Notes under the pieces: model-generated
What the model saw: only the letters and a program-made list of their open reading frames with translations
What the model was told of the DNA's origin: nothing
Database searches by the model: none
Origin: Phycisphaerae bacterium
GTDB lineage: Bacteria; Planctomycetota; Phycisphaerae; UBA1845
DNA length: 64,000 nt
Direction of reading: 5' to 3'
Assembly: GCA_963666835.2 (NCBI GenBank)
Contig: CAXXGO010000001.1
Span: 1,312,001 to 1,376,000, forward strand
In this document: piece after piece, positions 61,801 to 64,000 of the stretch
Layout: each line of letters starts with the position of its first letter
Position numbering within the stretch: the stretch's first letter is position 1
Made by a program: the position numbers and the translations under genes

Positions 61801-62222
61801 GTGCCCTTAACGCACTGCTCAACACCGTTGCAGAACACCCCGTCGTCACATTCAAGGTCTACGTTGCAGTCGACGCAGCCGAATTCCGTACTGCACACCT
61901 GCTTGCTGGGGCATAGTGCGTCAACGGGTACATACACACAGAAGCCTTCAATCAGGTCGCAGATGTCTGTTGTGCAGGCAATGGAATCGTCGCAGTCTTT
62001 GTCCACTGCGCACTTCTCTGATGACTTACAATCGGAGGACACGACCGGGGCACCAGAGTCATCGGCGCCCGACAAGGTGGGCTCGGGGGAAGTTCTTCCG
62101 AGATCGGCTGCGACGACGATCGAAGTCACCGCAGTGAATATCGTCAGATACAGCATTATCGCGCATGCCCTGCGCCACCCATTTACATGATGTCGATCGC
62201 GTTCAATCGCTACGTTTTTCAT
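58860..62222 (-). CDS. Secreted Cys/Asp-rich tandem repeat protein
   Basis: GAGGAG RBS; CDDGxxCTxDxC repeats in 101-aa and 74-aa units. Confidence 0.88.
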   Translation of the reverse strand: MKNVAIERDRHHVNGWRRACAIMLYLTIFTAVTSIVVAADLGRTSPEPTLSGADDSGAPVVSSDCKSSEKCAVDKDCDDSIACTTDICDLIEGFCVYVPVDALCPSKQVCSTEFGCVDCNVDLECDDGVFCNGVEQCVKGTCQAGVPETCDDGIECTEDACYTTADVCYNVPRDWMCPTGMFCSTTLGCIECDDDEDCDDDYACNGQETCDASGMCQAGTAVDCDDDIECTEDACYGPQATCYNLPRDWMCEGDFICSVTYGCVECDSDAHCDDGVGCTIDTCNMTTNTCEHALDHASCDNDVLCDGVEFCDPTLDCQSGPPETCDDGIDCTQDACYTTADVCYNIPCDWLCAGDFVCSTTLGCVECYNDTHCNDGVGCTIDTCNLATNTCEHALDHASCDNGVFCDGVEYCDPALDCQSGPPETCDDGIACTEDACYATQDVCYNVPRDWMCAGDWVCSVTLGCVECYSDAHCDDAVGCTVDTCDPATNTCEHAVDHASCDNDVLCDGVEYCDPTLDCQSGPPETCDDGIECTEDACYTTADVCYNVPRDWMCPENWICSTTLGCIECDDDEDCDDGDTCNGEETCDAMGMCQSGTPIDCDDGIECTEDACYGPQGTCYNLPRDWMCEGDFICSMTYGCVECDSDVHCDDEVGCTVDTCNLATNTCEHALDHASCDNDVLCDGVEFCDPTLDCQSGPPETCDDGIDCTQDACYSTMDVCYNVPCDWLCAGDFVCSTTLGCVECYNDAHCDDEVGCTVDTCNLATNTCEHALDHASCDNDVLCDGVEFCDPALDCQSGPPETCDDGIECTEDACYATQDVCYNLPRDWMCAGDWVCSITLGCVECYGDGHCDDGVGCTVDTCNLATNTCEHVLDHASCDNDVLCDGVEYCDPALDCQSGPPETCDDGIECTQDACYSTMDVCYNVPCDWLCAGDSVCSTTLGCVECYNDAHCDDEVGCTVDTCNLATNTCEHTLDHESCDNDVLCDGVEYCDLALDCQSGPPETCDDGIACTEDACYTTADVCYNVPRDWMCLGDWICSTTYGCVECESDTHCDDGAFCNGLETCDANQTCQSGTLVDCDDGVDCTIDACWEEGDTCLNTPDHTACPAGMTCDSVLGCVE

Positions 62223-62887
62223 CGCAGACTCCTCTCCGAAAACAGTTGTGAGTATGGACACCTAACCGGGGTTTTCCGCACACATAGACTTCCGTTGCGG
62301 CGCCGGCGTATGGGGCCGACCGATCGAAACAGGTGTCGCAGCTTTCGCCGCGAACGTGCCGGTTCGACAGTCAGAGCCCGGCATACGCCGGTGCCGGCGC
62401 CGGAGGGACGAACACCGACCGCTTCCTCGACATACGCGCCGCTAGCGTTCCTCTACTAGCTAAGACAGAGAACGGACCTGAGCACTCACGGTAGATTCGC
62501 GTTTTCTGTCGGTAGCGTTGCAGGTTCCTCTCAAACCTAACGCACGGGCAAGGCATGCGGACCGTTACGACTCAAGCGTTACTGAGTGAGAGCATGCGAT
62601 CCGACTCCAAGGCTCCGGCGTTATGTTCTGTAAGCGTTGCGGAGCTCGCCGAGTTCTGCCGGGGACGCCTTTTCAGGCCCGCGCGCAATGTGGACCAGTA
62701 CAGTTCGGATCGTGGTTCCTAGATTGCCAACCAGGAAGAGGGTGGGCGGTGGAGGTGCCCCGATTTAGTTGCAAAAGCGGCTTTGATGAGGTATTATCGA
62801 TGACGTTCAGGGCGTTGCTGGTCGGACTAATCGGTTGGGGCGTGCCGGCCGGACCATCAAACCCGTGGGTAACTCGGGTTGTTGCGT

Positions 62888-63505
62888 ATGCCACATGAGG
62901 AACTAGTCGCCCGAGCTGTGGGGGGCAGCCAAGAGGCGGTTTGCGCATTGCTCCGCCGGTATGGTCCCCACGCCCGGGCCTCGCTCGGCGACCAGATCCC
63001 GCAAGAATGGCGGTCCGTGCTCAGCGAAGACGACGTCATGCAGGTAACCTACCTCAACGCGTTCCTCCACATAGGGGAGTTCGAGGCACGCGACTGCAAA
63101 GCATTTGTAGCTTGGCTGAAACGGATCGCCGAGAACAACCTTCGTAATGCCATCACGCAACTTGCGGCCGCCAAGCGACCTGATCCGCGGCGCCGGATTC
63201 GATGGACGCAGGACGAAGATCGGTCCACGGCGTTGCTTGAGTCTCTGGTAGGTCCGGACTCCACTCCGAGTCGCAAGGCCCAGCGCCATGAGATGCAGCA
63301 CCTTATGGCGGACGCGATCTGCGGGCTGCCGGAAGCCTATCAGAGAGTTGTGCGACTGTACGACCTGGGCGGGCGGAACGCCAAGGAGGTAGCGGCGTCG
63401 ATGAACCGGTCGGAAGGCGCGGTGTACATGCTCCGGGCCAGGGCTCATGAACGGCTGCGTGAGATCATTGGATCCGGCTCGGGGTTTCTGTCTGATGTCA
63501 AGTGA
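62888..63505 (+). CDS. ECF RNA polymerase sigma factor
   Basis: DDVMQVT, FVAWLKRIAENN, STPSR and region 4 HTH. Confidence 0.88.
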   Translation: MPHEELVARAVGGSQEAVCALLRRYGPHARASLGDQIPQEWRSVLSEDDVMQVTYLNAFLHIGEFEARDCKAFVAWLKRIAENNLRNAITQLAAAKRPDPRRRIRWTQDEDRSTALLESLVGPDSTPSRKAQRHEMQHLMADAICGLPEAYQRVVRLYDLGGRNAKEVAASMNRSEGAVYMLRARAHERLREIIGSGSGFLSDVK

Positions 63506-63538
63506 ATCAGGATCAAGTCGTTCATTGGAGGCGCGGCC

Positions 63539-64000
63539 TTGAGTGGCAACGAGCCAACGCCGGACGAGTTGCCCTGCGACCCTGAATCCCCGCTTATCGA
63601 GGCGGCCCGCAAGGATGCCGTGGTGCCCCCAAGAGATGGAGACGACGCGGCGATACCGTTACCCAAGCACGTAGGCTCCTACACCGTCACGCGCCTCTTG
63701 GGGGCCGGCGGTATGGGGGTCGTGTACGAGGCCCAGCAAGAGAACCCCAACCGAGCCGTGGCCGTAAAGGTGGTGCGCGGCGGGCAATACGTCGACAGTC
63801 GTGACCTCAGGCTGTTTCAACGCGAGGCCTTGGCCTTAGCCCGGTTGAAGCACCCCTACATCGGAGCTATTTACGAGGCGGGGCGGACGGAGGACGGCCG
63901 GCATTTCTTCGCCATGGAGTTGGTTCAGGGGCAGCGGCTGATGACGTTTGCCCGCCGGCAGAACCTGTCACTCGACCAACGGCTGGGACTGTTCAAGAAG
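63539..64000 (+). CDS. Ser/Thr protein kinase (partial)
   Basis: My translation from TTG 63539 (GGAGG RBS): LGAGGMGVVYEA, VAVK, FQREA, LKHPYI and FFAMELVQG. Confidence 0.92.
   Translation, partial: MSGNEPTPDELPCDPESPLIEAARKDAVVPPRDGDDAAIPLPKHVGSYTVTRLLGAGGMGVVYEAQQENPNRAVAVKVVRGGQYVDSRDLRLFQREALALARLKHPYIGAIYEAGRTEDGRHFFAMELVQGQRLMTFARRQNLSLDQRLGLFKK

Noticed and set aside
58691..61916. Long plus-strand ORFs over the Cys-rich gene, and similar antisense ORFs such as 38261..40078 and 29066..30253
   Set aside because: Shadow ORFs of high-GC or repetitive coding sequence with no protein motifs

Overview
GC-rich bacterial chromosome window; gene content (CxxCGYxLxG-CPECG membrane proteins, ECF sigma plus Ser/Thr kinase, dockerin-like and IPTL-CTERM secreted proteins) suggests Planctomycetota/Phycisphaerae (inference). 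Recognisable genes: typA, a NifS-SelD fusion, a sugar ABC transporter with a GH38 mannosidase, a CPA1 antiporter, an MCP, imuA-imuB-dnaE2, tRNA-Val(GAC) with a 2.8-kb integrase-less island, and MscK/GH100-like/PfkB. Many REP-like repeat families fill the intergenic space. Most striking: a 1.9-kb mobile element (7277-9187, second copy running off the window at 1-209) that encodes only two DUF1670-like proteins and no recognisable transposase. It has 15-bp sub-terminal inverted repeats, a structured 3' non-coding end and a CT on each side, and both copies sit at the same position of a REP hairpin (AACGC-CT-TCGGCGT). This is an IS110/IS1111-like DNA layout with an unrelated protein pair. A 150-bp palindromic MITE also sits in frame inside dnaE2. 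Family assignments come from motif recognition by eye, not database searches.
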